Below the pieces are notes generated by a model, which saw only the letters and a program-made list of their open reading frames with translations, did no database searches and was not told where the DNA came from. A DNA stretch of 64,000 nt, from assembly GCA_028534125.1 (NCBI GenBank), contig CM052817.1, forward strand, positions 48,238,001 through 48,302,000. The letters run 5' to 3'. Shown piece by piece: positions 25,401 through 37,200 of the stretch (the stretch's first letter is position 1; each line of letters starts with the position of its first letter). The DNA is from Lama glama (lineage: Eukaryota). The position numbers and the translations under genes were made by a program.

Positions 25401-28400
25401 TGGAATCCAATGCGGGTCTTAGTGACCTCCTGGCTTTTCTCTGTTTTGTGGTGAGACCCTCGGACCAGTGCAGGTCAGCGTCAGTGTCCACCCTCTGCTC
25501 CAAGCAAGGGCGACCCCGCCTTCTGCCCAGCTCCAGAGGACTGGGCCCCTTCCTTGCTGCTTTCCCAGGCAGACACGGTTTTGCCCAGATCCATTCCTTA
25601 TCCCGAGGATTAAATAGAGGAGGTTGACTATATTAAAACGAACCGTGTGTCTCACCAAGTGAGAAACCAAAGCTCGGTGCAAGGACACTAAGAAAATACC
25701 AGAGTATTCCAAAGCAGAGAAGGATAATAGAGACACGGACCTCAAAATTTCAGGGGGGAATTAGAAAATTTTGGAATGAGGCCTGGATTATTTCAGATGG
25801 AAGACAGACTCTATGAGGGCAGACATACTTGGACAAGTAAAGGTGGGAAAATGAGATTTTTCCTAGATGGCATCTAAGTTGTCTCGTAAACGGCCCATGC
25901 GGCCTCCTGACAGCTGGCTGACTTCCGTGGTGACACAGCGCTGCGGTCATCACAACCACGAAGCTGGTTGTAAATCTTACAGCCCCCGACTTAGATGACT
26001 CCAGACAAGCCTCTGCTTTCTTTGTACCTGTTTCCTCAACTATAAGCAACAGAGCTCACTTCTGCATACCCTCAGGCCTGAGAATGCTATGCAGTTCTGA
26101 TAAGATCCATGAAGCACTATGAGCTCTTTATTTAAAAAAAAAAAATTCCAGAGACAGTATTTTCAATGTGTGTTTACTCCCAACCTACGGGGGTTTAAAT
26201 TACCGAATATTCCACCTTCTTAGCAAGACAGATCTGTAGAGGTCCATCTGCCTGACTCCAGGGCCAGGGTTCCCATTCCTCAGGTTCATGCCCACATACA
26301 TCAGGAAGTCGTGTTAAACATACCACGTGTTTTTAAAACTTTCAAATGCAGCAACACTAAGGTCACTGTTACTTTGTGCCAGCATATTCTCGATAATATG
26401 GACAGAAATCTGTTACAGACCCAAAATATCTATCTCTCTGATAAAAGTACTTCTGGGTGTAAACTCCCATGCACCACTTTGATGTTTTCATTTTGCAAAC
26501 TGTTTGGCGTTTCAGAGGTCTATAAAAACCACTGTATTTTAAATAGAGCATGGTAATGACAGATCTAAATTTACCATGGTATAAAATCAGAGGAGTATCA
26601 CTATGTCTTTATATTGTTAAAAGCAAATAAATTATAAATCCTTCTTCAATCACCAGCCAAAGCCCAAAAGCTGCAGGCGTAAGCAAACGAAAAGAGGGAA
26701 GGTGATTATGAAAAGATAAACTGTTTAATGAAGATGTTTTTGCAGTAAAACTATATGTGCAGTCACCCTGGCATACAAAGATATCATCTGAAAGCAATCT
26801 AGAAATCACATGGACCTGCAAATGAATAAACGTTCCCAAGATAAATTACAAAGAAAAACATTCTGAATGTGAGTTTTCTTTGTCGTGTATTTGGTCTGAA
26901 GTCTGTTCAGATTTTTCAGACCATTCTTTGGAAATTTGATTATCCAACACTGTTTCTTTTTCACTTTTCGACTGTGTTACTACAGTTGTATACCTCCACT
27001 TCAGCTCACTTAAACTTTTTATTGAGGCCCTACTTGGCAGTCCAAGCCACAGAGACTGGTGACAATAAAAGATGAGGAAGACACAGCCACTTCATAGGAG
27101 ATTATAGCCTACTGAGGTAGAAAGACTCATTAACAGATAGTTTTACAGAGCTTCAAACTCCAAGAACTCTACTTATTCAAGATTAACAGAGATATTTCTT
27201 CATCTTTTTGTCTACAAACACAGCATTCCCAGTAGTAAGAAGGAAGCATTCTCCTCAGTTGGGTTAATTTCCTTAAGCTTCTACTTGGGGCTGGGGTGGG
27301 GAGTGGAAGCAGGGAGGGAGAGATCACAAGATATATGATCTTTTGTGATAAATAACCCATAAGAAAATTTGTCCAGAAAAATTATCAATGGTTAGTCATT
27401 TTAACACATACAATACACTGGCTACAAACTCAGCTTGCTCAAAAGCACCTCAATATTTCTTGCAGTTGTCACTTTGAGTACATTTATAGGTCTTTGCTTC
27501 TTTACAGTGTCTATATAAATGCCATGATTTCTTCTTGAGCCAGTTAATGGTTATTCAACAGTCAAAAAGAAACAAACAAACAAAAAACTAGTCATTCCCT
27601 TTCTTACTATTAAGTCTAGAAACTCCAGAAAAAAGGCTGAGAGAAATTCATTTCATCTCATGTCAAACATTTTTCGGTCATGGCAAAGGATTACCATAGA
27701 TCCAAATGAGGGTTTTCTCAGTAGCATCTGGGATCCTAAAGAGATGATACACATGACCTGCAAAACTGATTCCAACATGCTAGAACCTAAATTAATTAAG
27801 TTAGCTTGCTTTTCACACAACCATAAACAGGAAGGTGATTTCAAATGGAAGATTCCAGATGATAATAATGAGAGCACATATCACAATAGGAAGGAAAACC
27901 ATAACTGATAAATCATTAAATGAGATTATAAGATGTTAGCACAAAAAACAGAACCAAGTTTGCTTGCACACACTACAGCACAGTCCTTTTAATGCAATGT
28001 GATAAAATGTGTAATGTCAGATTTTATTTCCAATCATCAGTTTTTATTTCTAAAAATATGATTAACCAGTAAGATATATGTAATAAACTTGATATATCAT
28101 ATTACTTTAATTTCTCAAAGGAAGGAAACCTTCCAAAAATTTTTTAAACCCAAATATAAATGAAAGAAGAGGAAAAAATAGAATTCAAGCACTAATTTTT
28201 TCTACAAAAGGAAAAAAGGCTTTCATGCAGTTCTTAAAAATACAAAGACGTTTGGAAGACCATGCAGTGATTCGTAAAGGGGGGTTTGAAGTAGAAAATT
28301 CTGCATCACTTTCCCACTTTCAGAGCTTCCTTCATCACTGAAGAAAGATGAAAATTACATTTATTCACTAAATGATCTGATTTCAACAGTTTAAAGTGCA

Positions 28401-28429
28401 TTTCATAGTCAGTGACCCTTGTTTAGTTA

Positions 28430-28476
28430 GTGTGTCTGTGTGTGTCTGTGTGTCTGTGTGTGTGTCTGTGTCTGTG
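28430..28476. repeat. Compound (TG)n/(TCTG) microsatellite
   Basis: gtgtgtctgtgtgtgtctgtgtgtctgtgtgtgtgtctgtgtctgtg. Confidence 0.9.
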
Positions 28477-28824
28477 AAATGACAGCGATTTGCACCTACA
28501 GGCATACTTTCTTTTAAGGTTAAAGAACCATATCCTATAAATTTATCCTCACTCATGGTTACAGATTTCTTTAATTTTTATAATTCTGAATTAATAGGTT
28601 TAGAAATATTCTATCTGGAAGACCCATGTGTCTAGACACATTAAATCAAATGAAACATCTCCAAGAGACTTCACACTAGTGTCAATAATGTAAACCATCA
28701 ATTCTCATTTATTCAAGGGATGATTATAGCATCTGGAACACAGCCAGCATCTCATTTCTTCATGCTGTCCTTTCAACCTGCAGTATCTTATCAATCTTAT
28801 TGGCAGGCATCTCTCCAAAAGTAG

Positions 28825-29065
28825 CAATAAACTAACTATTATTAAGTCTTTACCATGAGACAGGCACTGCTGTCAATATATACTACAGCATTTATAGCAT
28901 TTGATTTTCTACAACGCTATGAAATCAGTACTATTGTGATGCTTATTTTACAGATGAGGGGCACAGGGATGCTAACTGACTTGCCCAAGACCACAGTCAT
29001 AAATGGCAAAGCAATATGACCTTCCAGTCTGATGCCAGAGGCTGAATACTTAACCACTACATGAT
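28825..29065 (-). mobile_element. MIR SINE
   Basis: ATTTTACAGATGAGGGGCACAGG...TAACTGACTTGCCCAAGACCACA...CTTAACCACTAC. Confidence 0.85.
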
Positions 29066-29351
29066 TTGCCTCCAGGAGATAATTATGGTAGAGGAAATGA
29101 AAACCAAACCAATCAATAGAGTAAGAAACTACCCTCTCCTTTTTTTCATATACATAATCAAAATAAATGTGCACTTCATGGGTGAAATAGTTCCAACTAC
29201 TGATCATAATGAGATTCATGGATTATTCATAGATTCCAATCCATATATTCAATTCCAGGTCTTCAGTTAATTGAGAGTTACTGGTTCTTATCTTCTTAGG
29301 TATTTGTTAAATCTAATACATTGTTTATCAAGCACTGTACTCAGCCCTAAA

Positions 29352-29478
29352 TTCTTTTATTTTTAATTTTGGTGAAAAACACATAACATAAAATTTTCCA
29401 TCTTAGCCATTTTTAAGTGTACAGTTCAGTAGTGTTAAATATATTTACATCATTATGTAATAAATCTAGAGAACTTTT
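29352..29478 (-). mobile_element. Short old LINE-1 (L1MA/MB-like) 3' end
   Basis: T-rich tail, then ACATAACATAAAATTTTCCATCTTAGCCATTTTTAAGTGTACAGTTCAGTAGTGTTAAATATATTTACA. Confidence 0.8.
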
Positions 29479-29484
29479 AGCCCT

Positions 29485-29833
29485 TGTCTTAATCCCTTCA
29501 GGCTTCTATAACAAAATATCATAGATGAGAAGCTTATAGACAACAAAAATTTATTGTTCACAGTTCTGGAGGCTGGAAGTCTGAGATCCAGGTGCCCGCC
29601 TGGTCAGGTGAGGGCCCTGTTCCAGGGTGCAGACTTCTCACTATATCCGCACATGGCAGAAGGGGCCAGGGAGCTCTGTGGGAATCTCATAAAAGCACAA
29701 ATCTCATTCACAAGGGCTCCATTCTCATGACCTAATCACCTCCCAAAGGCCACACCTACTAATACCATCACCTCTAAGAATTAAGATTCCAACATATGAA
29801 TTTTGGGGGCACACAAACTTTCAGACCATAGCA
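29485..29833 (-). mobile_element. MaLR solo LTR (MLT1A-like)
   Basis: TG...CA termini and perfect 5-bp TSD GCCCT (29480-29484, 29834-29838). Motifs CACAGTTCTGGAGGCTGGAAGTC and ATGACCTAATCACCTCCCAAAGGCC. Confidence 0.93.
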
Positions 29834-30177
29834 GCCCTAAACAATTTTGAGCTCCATTTTGTTGTATCATTTCATTCTTTATCAATGACCTGCCTTTAAA
29901 TGTCTGAGGTTGTCTAAAATCTTCAAAACTGTAGAAGCCTTCTTTTTAGATAAGCATATATAATAAGACTCTGACGTTATAAACTAATGATTCTTAACAT
30001 GCTCTATTTTCACGAAGTTATTGAACCCCTGCCCATCAATGGCCAGCTGTGAACTCAAATAAAGAATCTTAAATTTTTGGTAATATTTTGCACTAGTATT
30101 TACCAATTCTCTTATATTGCAGTATTCCTTTATGTATGAAGCTTCCCCTAATAAGTTGTAATCAAGACCTTATTTGT

Positions 30178-30722
30178 GCATCCTAAATGTCCATTGACAG
30201 ATGAACGGATAAAGAAAATGTGGTGTATATTTATACCATGGAATACTACTCAGCCATAAAAAGTAATGAAATAATGTCACTGGCAGCAACATGGATGGAC
30301 CTAGAGATTTTTACACTAAAAGTAACCCAGACAGAGAAAGATAAATATCATATATTACTTATATGTAGAATCTAAAAAAGAAAGACACAAATGAACTTAT
30401 TTATAAAACAGAAAGAGACTCATAGACACAGAAAACACACTTATGGTTACCAGAGGGGGAAGGAGGGAGAGAAAGATAAATTCGGAGCTTGGGATTGGCA
30501 GATACTAACTACTATGTACAGCATAGATAAGCAGCAAGATCCTACTATATAACACAGGGAACTATATTTAATGGCTTGTAGAAACCTAAAATGAAAAGGA
30601 ATATAAAAAAGAATATGTGTGTGGGTATATATATATATATATCTGAATCACTATGTTGTACATTAGAAACTAATAGAACATTGTAAATCAACTACACTTC
30701 AATTTTCTAAAAATGAGGGGAA
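30178..30722 (+). mobile_element. LINE-1 3' fragment
   Basis: CCTAAATGTCCATTGACAGATGAACGGATAAAGAAAATGTGG...; imperfect TSD AAGACCTTATTTGT (30164-30177) / AAAATCTTATTTGT (30723-30736). Confidence 0.92.
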
Positions 30723-33700
30723 AAAATCTTATTTGTAAAATTTCACATAAGCATGATCTTATTTACAAAAAAATTAAGTTAATCTACAACTATTCAGGAA
30801 AACAACTACATTGCTTAAAAAGGAACCACAAGGAGGCAAAGAACTCCCCTGCTTCCCATGTGTGTCTTCAATGAGCAGTTTCCCACAAAAATGCTACCAG
30901 AGCACGTCATGTCAGAAAGTAAGCTGAATTACAAATGCACAATGGAAGCTGCCATATCCTTATGGGCACACCTTCTTCAGATCTGATAGTAAGAGAGCCC
31001 CAAGACTGATTGTAGATAAGTCAGACTTGATCACTATCTTTCCAAATTTAATGTACTGTAGTTAAATAAACGTGTTCACTGGTTTTGATTGCCTCACTGC
31101 ACTTTCTGATGCTTCCGATAATATTGAAAACATTAGATTTTTAAAGGTAATATCCTAAAGTTGACAGGCTCTCACTTCCTTCCCACTGAGATTTGGGGGG
31201 AGAAGATAGCTCGACACTAATATTTGTTTCATTATTCCGAGGGGGCTGAGTAAACATTCTTTAGGGACACTAGTCTAGACTAGATATTCAATGTTTTGTG
31301 TATGTTGCCACTTTAACAACATGAATACTTCAGATGCACTTTTCCAAAAACATGTATAGGTACAAATTCTGGATTCAATATCTGGGGGTTCAGAAGGCCC
31401 CCCTTAGGACTTCAGACCTCAAAATTAAGTCTATCCCTGCATTAGAGGCATGAGCCGAGGCTTCTAAGATTCCTAGGGCTTCATCTCCTCGAAACAAGGA
31501 GAGGAATGGGTTGGTTTCATCTTCTCAAAACAAGGAGAGGAATGGAACTCTGTCCTGCCTTTAAAGGTGTTAATCATATGCAAAGAAACTCAGCACTCAT
31601 CAGAAACAATCACCACACCATTCTCTTTGTTATCTGGTGAGTTTCTCAAGGCATAAAGGGGTTAACTGCTCTTAAAGAAAGGCCCTGACTCTTTTCTATT
31701 CAAAGGTTGAGAACCTGAGGGGTGGAGAGCCTTCAGCGTCTGCCACAGGGACTTCACGCTGCATCTCTCCAGAGAGCTAATCAGTAGACATCTTGACGCT
31801 GACAACACAAACAGGCCAGGAATTCATCTGGCTAACGCAGGTGTTATCATCTGGTGGGCCGTGGTCACCCCCCAAGCCATCTCATCAGTTCTGCTCGCCC
31901 CTCCTAAAGGCTCCTGTGATATCGCACCTTCCCTCAAGACCTCTCTCTTCTCAAACTCCTTCCCGATGTATTAACACCAGTATTCAAAGATGCACTTCAT
32001 TCTACGCTAAATTAGCCTCTCATCTTCTTACTTGTTCAAGTTTGTCCTCTATATATGTCACAGAGCTCAACTGCCCATAATACACTATTAAGTATATATA
32101 TAGTCTATATTCATTATTCCTCAGACTCCAAGGTTAAGTTAAAGTTACAAAAACTGCAGTTTCAAAGATTCATTGATCTTTTAAAACCATTTTCGGAATG
32201 TGACTTTTCTGCCCTGTAGACTTGCTCTCATCATTCCACCAGGCTTCCCGAATTCTGAATTTACCAAGTGAGATGCGACTATACTAACTTCAGAGACTAA
32301 ACTGACAAATACTTACTGCTCTCGTTTTGGTAAATTATGTTCCAAAATGATGAGCAGGTAGGCATGAGATGAAAACAATGGCAACAATGAGAAGAAAAAG
32401 TTTTCAAGTATTGAACAACCTTGGTTACTCTGCCCATGACCCTGCAATTGGAAACCAGGACAGCATTAAAGAGCTTGTCACCTTGGAAAGCACAGAAACC
32501 TCTAAAAATAAAAATCAACATTTCCAGACTCTGCCATAATGGTTTCCTGGTAAACAGAAAGACAGGCTTGCTATTCCACCCCCACCGGGGGTGGGTGGCA
32601 ATTAATTATTCAACATTTGGAAAGTGCTTTGGAGATAAGAAGCTAAGTGCTAAAAATCACCATCAATTTGCAGCAAACTGCACTTAAAGTGAACTCACCA
32701 GGTTTACTGTTGGAAATTGAACCATTAGTCTTAAGTCCATGATTTCTTTCTCATTTTTTTTCCCATTTCATTTACACCATTAGACCAAAGAGCTGACACC
32801 CATACAGAATACTCTTTTCCTTTCAGTCAACCTTTGAGTGTCCTGTGAGTAAAAAACTAGTCCTTAATTTTCAGAGAAGATGTAAATTCTAATAATGTAG
32901 TTTAGCTGGAATTTACAGTGAGATGTTTACTACATATCTTTCCTTTCTGCTTTTTATTTAAGAAATATAATAAACAGTGAATCTACTAAACATTTCATTT
33001 GTAAAACTTTGAGATTAATTAACACCTAGTTTAATGTATTTCTACTGTATTAGTGATCATTTAAGCAGACATATTTATTTAGATGTCCATGACTGCATTA
33101 CATGTATAAATTTAGATGAATAACCTAAGAACTGATTAACCTTGATTAATACTCTAAATGAAAGTAATGTCATTCTATTTAAATAAAAAGTTGGTTTTTT
33201 AGACAATTTTTCCTTTTTATCTACAATATATTCTGGTTTTAATTTACTCATTTTAAAACTCAAAACAACAGCCCAAGATTGAGAATTTCTATTCACCAGA
33301 GCATAGCTAAAAATCACATCAAAATCCACCTGCATTCAAAATAGAGGGAACGTGAAGTGGTTTTTAGAGAGTCACTATCAGGCCATGCTCCGGAAAACCA
33401 TCACATGGTAATTGTGGTCAGTTTGGGATTGACTACACAAGAATGAGTTCTCATTCTTACCTATGTCCATTTTGGAACTCATAAATAATTTTGTCCGAAA
33501 TACTATTTTTCACTTCATGTCTCTTACACAGTGAAAGACCATATATACAAACGTCATAATTTCATGTTTTTGAAAATTAAAAGCTGTAGTGACATAATCT
33601 TGGATATGAGACTTGTTTCCATTGCATCAAGCTCGGCCACATTTCTCTAAAAAGAGGGTTTATGTATTTTAATCCCCAAAATGCAGTTTTAAAAGTCATC

Positions 33701-34215
33701 TCTGGTTTTAGAAAGGGCTTATTATGAGATGAATTTTTACCACTTTAAACATTAATACCTTTTACACATCTATTAGTCAACCTTAAGTCTCTTATCCATA
33801 TTCACCCCTCCCAAACATTCCCCCTACTAAATTTTTTTTTTAATTTGTAAGTGAAATCTTAAACATGTTTGACATTCTTAATCTCAATAGGAAAAAAAAA
33901 AAACTGCTGGTTGCTCAAGTGAGAGTGAGGCTCCTGGCTCACATAACAAAAGTAACTATGGCATTCTGCACGGAACCCACAACACGCGTTCAACCCAAAA
34001 ATAAGGTAACGTCAAAACAGCTAAGACAAAACTTCTCATTGACTCGGCTTGATATTTGCTAAGCATTCCATATAATCTCCACCTTCTATGGCTCGCCGTA
34101 TAACAAATATGTAGATAAATTATTTTTCTTAGTTCATTCCTAGTATTCTCATTTCTTTAAAAGAAATTGAGAATGGCTGTAAGCAACTTAAAACTGGGGA
34201 AGAAAATGGATTCAT

Positions 34216-34280
34216 GACACAACATTGTAAAATGATTATAAATCAATAAAAATGTTATTAAAAAAAAGAAACAAAGAAAA
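34216..34280 (+). mobile_element. Very short LINE-1 3' terminus
   Basis: GACACAACATTGTAAAATGATTATAAATCAATAAAAATG + A-rich tail. Confidence 0.7.
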
Positions 34281-37200
34281 TGGATCCAAGGAAGACCTTT
34301 TTAAAAAAAATTCTTTTTCTTATTATTTCCTCTTCTGCCCTGCTGGCTTTATTAGGATATGCCAATAATGGGCTATTGGTGCAAACAGAAGAAATAGGCA
34401 CACTTTATGTTTTAAAGAAGTACTTTGTGGGATATATAATTAACTATCTCTGCTTTAATGTTAACAGAGCAATCAGACAGTCCCTTAAAAATAAACAACG
34501 TAGTATGATATAGTTGCTGCCCGGCGGGGAAGAGGGACAAGTAAGTCATTTCAGATGAAATGTTCTCCATCCACATGAATATAAAGGAGATAGAAGCTGT
34601 CCAAAGGAATTAGCCATGTCCCCAAGTGAATGAGAAATGAGCTGGCAGGGACTGAGCCTCCATGAGAACATTACTTTGAATCAAAACCAAATTTCTAAAA
34701 CACTCCAGGTGATCCGCTCTATATTTACAGAATTTAAACATTGAAATATTGAAAAGAATGATTCTGAAATGTTTTAGAAATGAAGCAATTTAATTAGGTG
34801 GCAATATTATATTTCTTGATGGTGTTGTAATGTTTAGGTCTAGAACCAGAGTGGCAAGAAAGACAAAGGCCAAGTCTCTGAGGGCCTTCTGAGCTGCACA
34901 CTATTACCCGGCCATGCACCGCTTTATCCATCACTCCCCAACTCAACAGCAGGCCATTCCCCATAAGCTTGGAAGGTCCGTATGTCCAAATCCTTCAAAT
35001 TGCCTCATCAGAGATTATTTCTTTTGCATCTTTCTTCTGGTAAAAATTACAACTGCAAATACTACTAAAATACTTACTATATTAAGTTACTTTTCTTTTA
35101 TAAATATTGTCAGATTTCTTACAGATATTGTCAGATTTTTCTTCTTGCAAGTTAGAAAATAATGATAGCACTGGCCTTCAAACTCATAGCATATTAAGAG
35201 AACTTACTGTAAAGGAAAGGTAGAGCTGATAAAGTCAGATGTGATCATGATTAACTAACACCTAAGTCATTCTATGCACTACAATCCTTTCTAAGCATTT
35301 CACATATATGCATTACTTACTTAAACCCTAGGAATTAAATGAGGAAGGTATGGATGAAGAGCTGGAAGCACAGGGAGGCCTGGGCCCTGAGGCACTAAGT
35401 ATCTGGCAGCGATGCTGTACCTCCCAGTCCTCCCCTTCAGAACAGACGTGCTCCCCAGGCTGGTGCGGGTGCTGGTGGCCAACAAGGCTCAGCTCAGCCT
35501 TGTCTCAGAAATCATCTTAGAGCCACCTAAGCCAAGGTCACAGCCCTGCCCCTGGGCAGCCCACACCTCAGGACTGGCTGATATGGGGGAAAGGCCTGGC
35601 TCCCTTACCTCAAGGCGGGGCAACTGGGAGAGGTCTCCAGGCTTCAGCGCTCCTGCTGGGATCAGCAGAGGCCTTGGCTGCTACTGATTTGCACTTCGCC
35701 TACTCAGTCTGACTTCCTTGACTCCTTCACAGGCTTTATCCCTCAGCACAAGCCCCAGTAAACCACCCGCCCAATCAGGAGCTGTTTCCCAGGGAACCCA
35801 GCCTAAGACGGTCCGGGAGGCAGGACTCAAGCCCAGGCACTCAGGCTCCAGAGTCCACGCTCATAAACGGCCCAGTGAAATACCGACAGTGACCCAGGTT
35901 GGGAAAACAAGTTCCATGGGAGTTCCCACAGGCCTGAACAGCCTGCAGGCACAAAGGGGTCTCGGTAACAATAACCAAAACGTGCCACATGCCTGCTGGG
36001 CCTCAGCAACCTTCTCTGGCTTCTGGAGTCCATCAGCCGTGCTCTCCACCAGCCCTTTCCTGTCCCTCTGCTCGGGCCTCTCCACTTGTGAATGTCACTC
36101 TGCCGCCCGGGATGCTCTCTCCCGGCCCCTGACGCGCTAAACCTGTCGGGCACTGAAGCACACAACCCCTACCTCAGGCTCCGTCCCCGCAGAGCCAGGC
36201 TCTGCTGCCTGGGTGCCCCAGTGCCCTCTCCCACCCTGCTCTTCCCAGACCACCTCCTGAAAACAGGTCCTCAGCTCTGCCCTACGGTCTCCCTCAGTAT
36301 GGCTAAGGCCTCCTCCCAGGGCAGACAGCACATGCCCTCCATCCCCTACCCCACCTCTCACCACAGCCTCTGATGAAACTGCATTTCCTCACATACGTTC
36401 AACTCATGACAATAAATACCTCGGGCATCACTGCCTACCATGTAAGCAAAAACTGAGACCCTTAGTCCCTGGTGAGACACAGCTAAGACATCCTCTTTAC
36501 AACATAAAGGATAAACAAAAGAATGTATAAAACACAGCAATATGGGAACCCCTGGTGTCGGAGCAACAGCTCCACACACTTCCAGCCCCAAGAGCAACAC
36601 TGAATTATATAATGACCACGAGAGATGAACCAAAGGGAAAATTACATCCAACATACTGTTAAGGAGATAAGTATGTGCAATTCATTTTGGAATAACATAC
36701 ATTAGAAACATATTTTAAGACAATTTTAGTTTGGACGCTTAATTAGGTAGCTTCAGTGATCAGAAAATTCAATTAAAGTGAATACCTCATACTCCAATGA
36801 CAGTAGATAAACAGACCACTCCTGCAACTTAAGCGGACCCATTCTGAATTTCCCAGAGACAGGATCCTCAAAGCATTATTTCCCCTTCCTTGATTCCACA
36901 GATGGCAACTCCTGGTACTCACTGCCCACATTCCAGGCACTTACTCCGTCCCACCACTGCTCCCGAGGTCGTCAGGGTCCCGTTAGATCACATACCCCAG
37001 TATGCCCACTTTAGAACTGAATCCGCCACTGTCTCTACAGGACTGAGAAGTTATTCCACCAGCTCCCAATCCAAGCAGCAGCCTGCTTAAAGCCTGGGCC
37101 ACATCCTCTAGCCTGGTTTCTTCTGCTGCTCTGGTTTTTATATAAAGGACACGGTGTTATTCAAGCCCATATACTAGAGTCCTTCCATCACAGAAGCTAA

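Noticed and set aside
35104..35140. 14-bp direct repeat ATATTGTCAGATTT
   Set aside because: Two copies only; ordinary micro-duplication.
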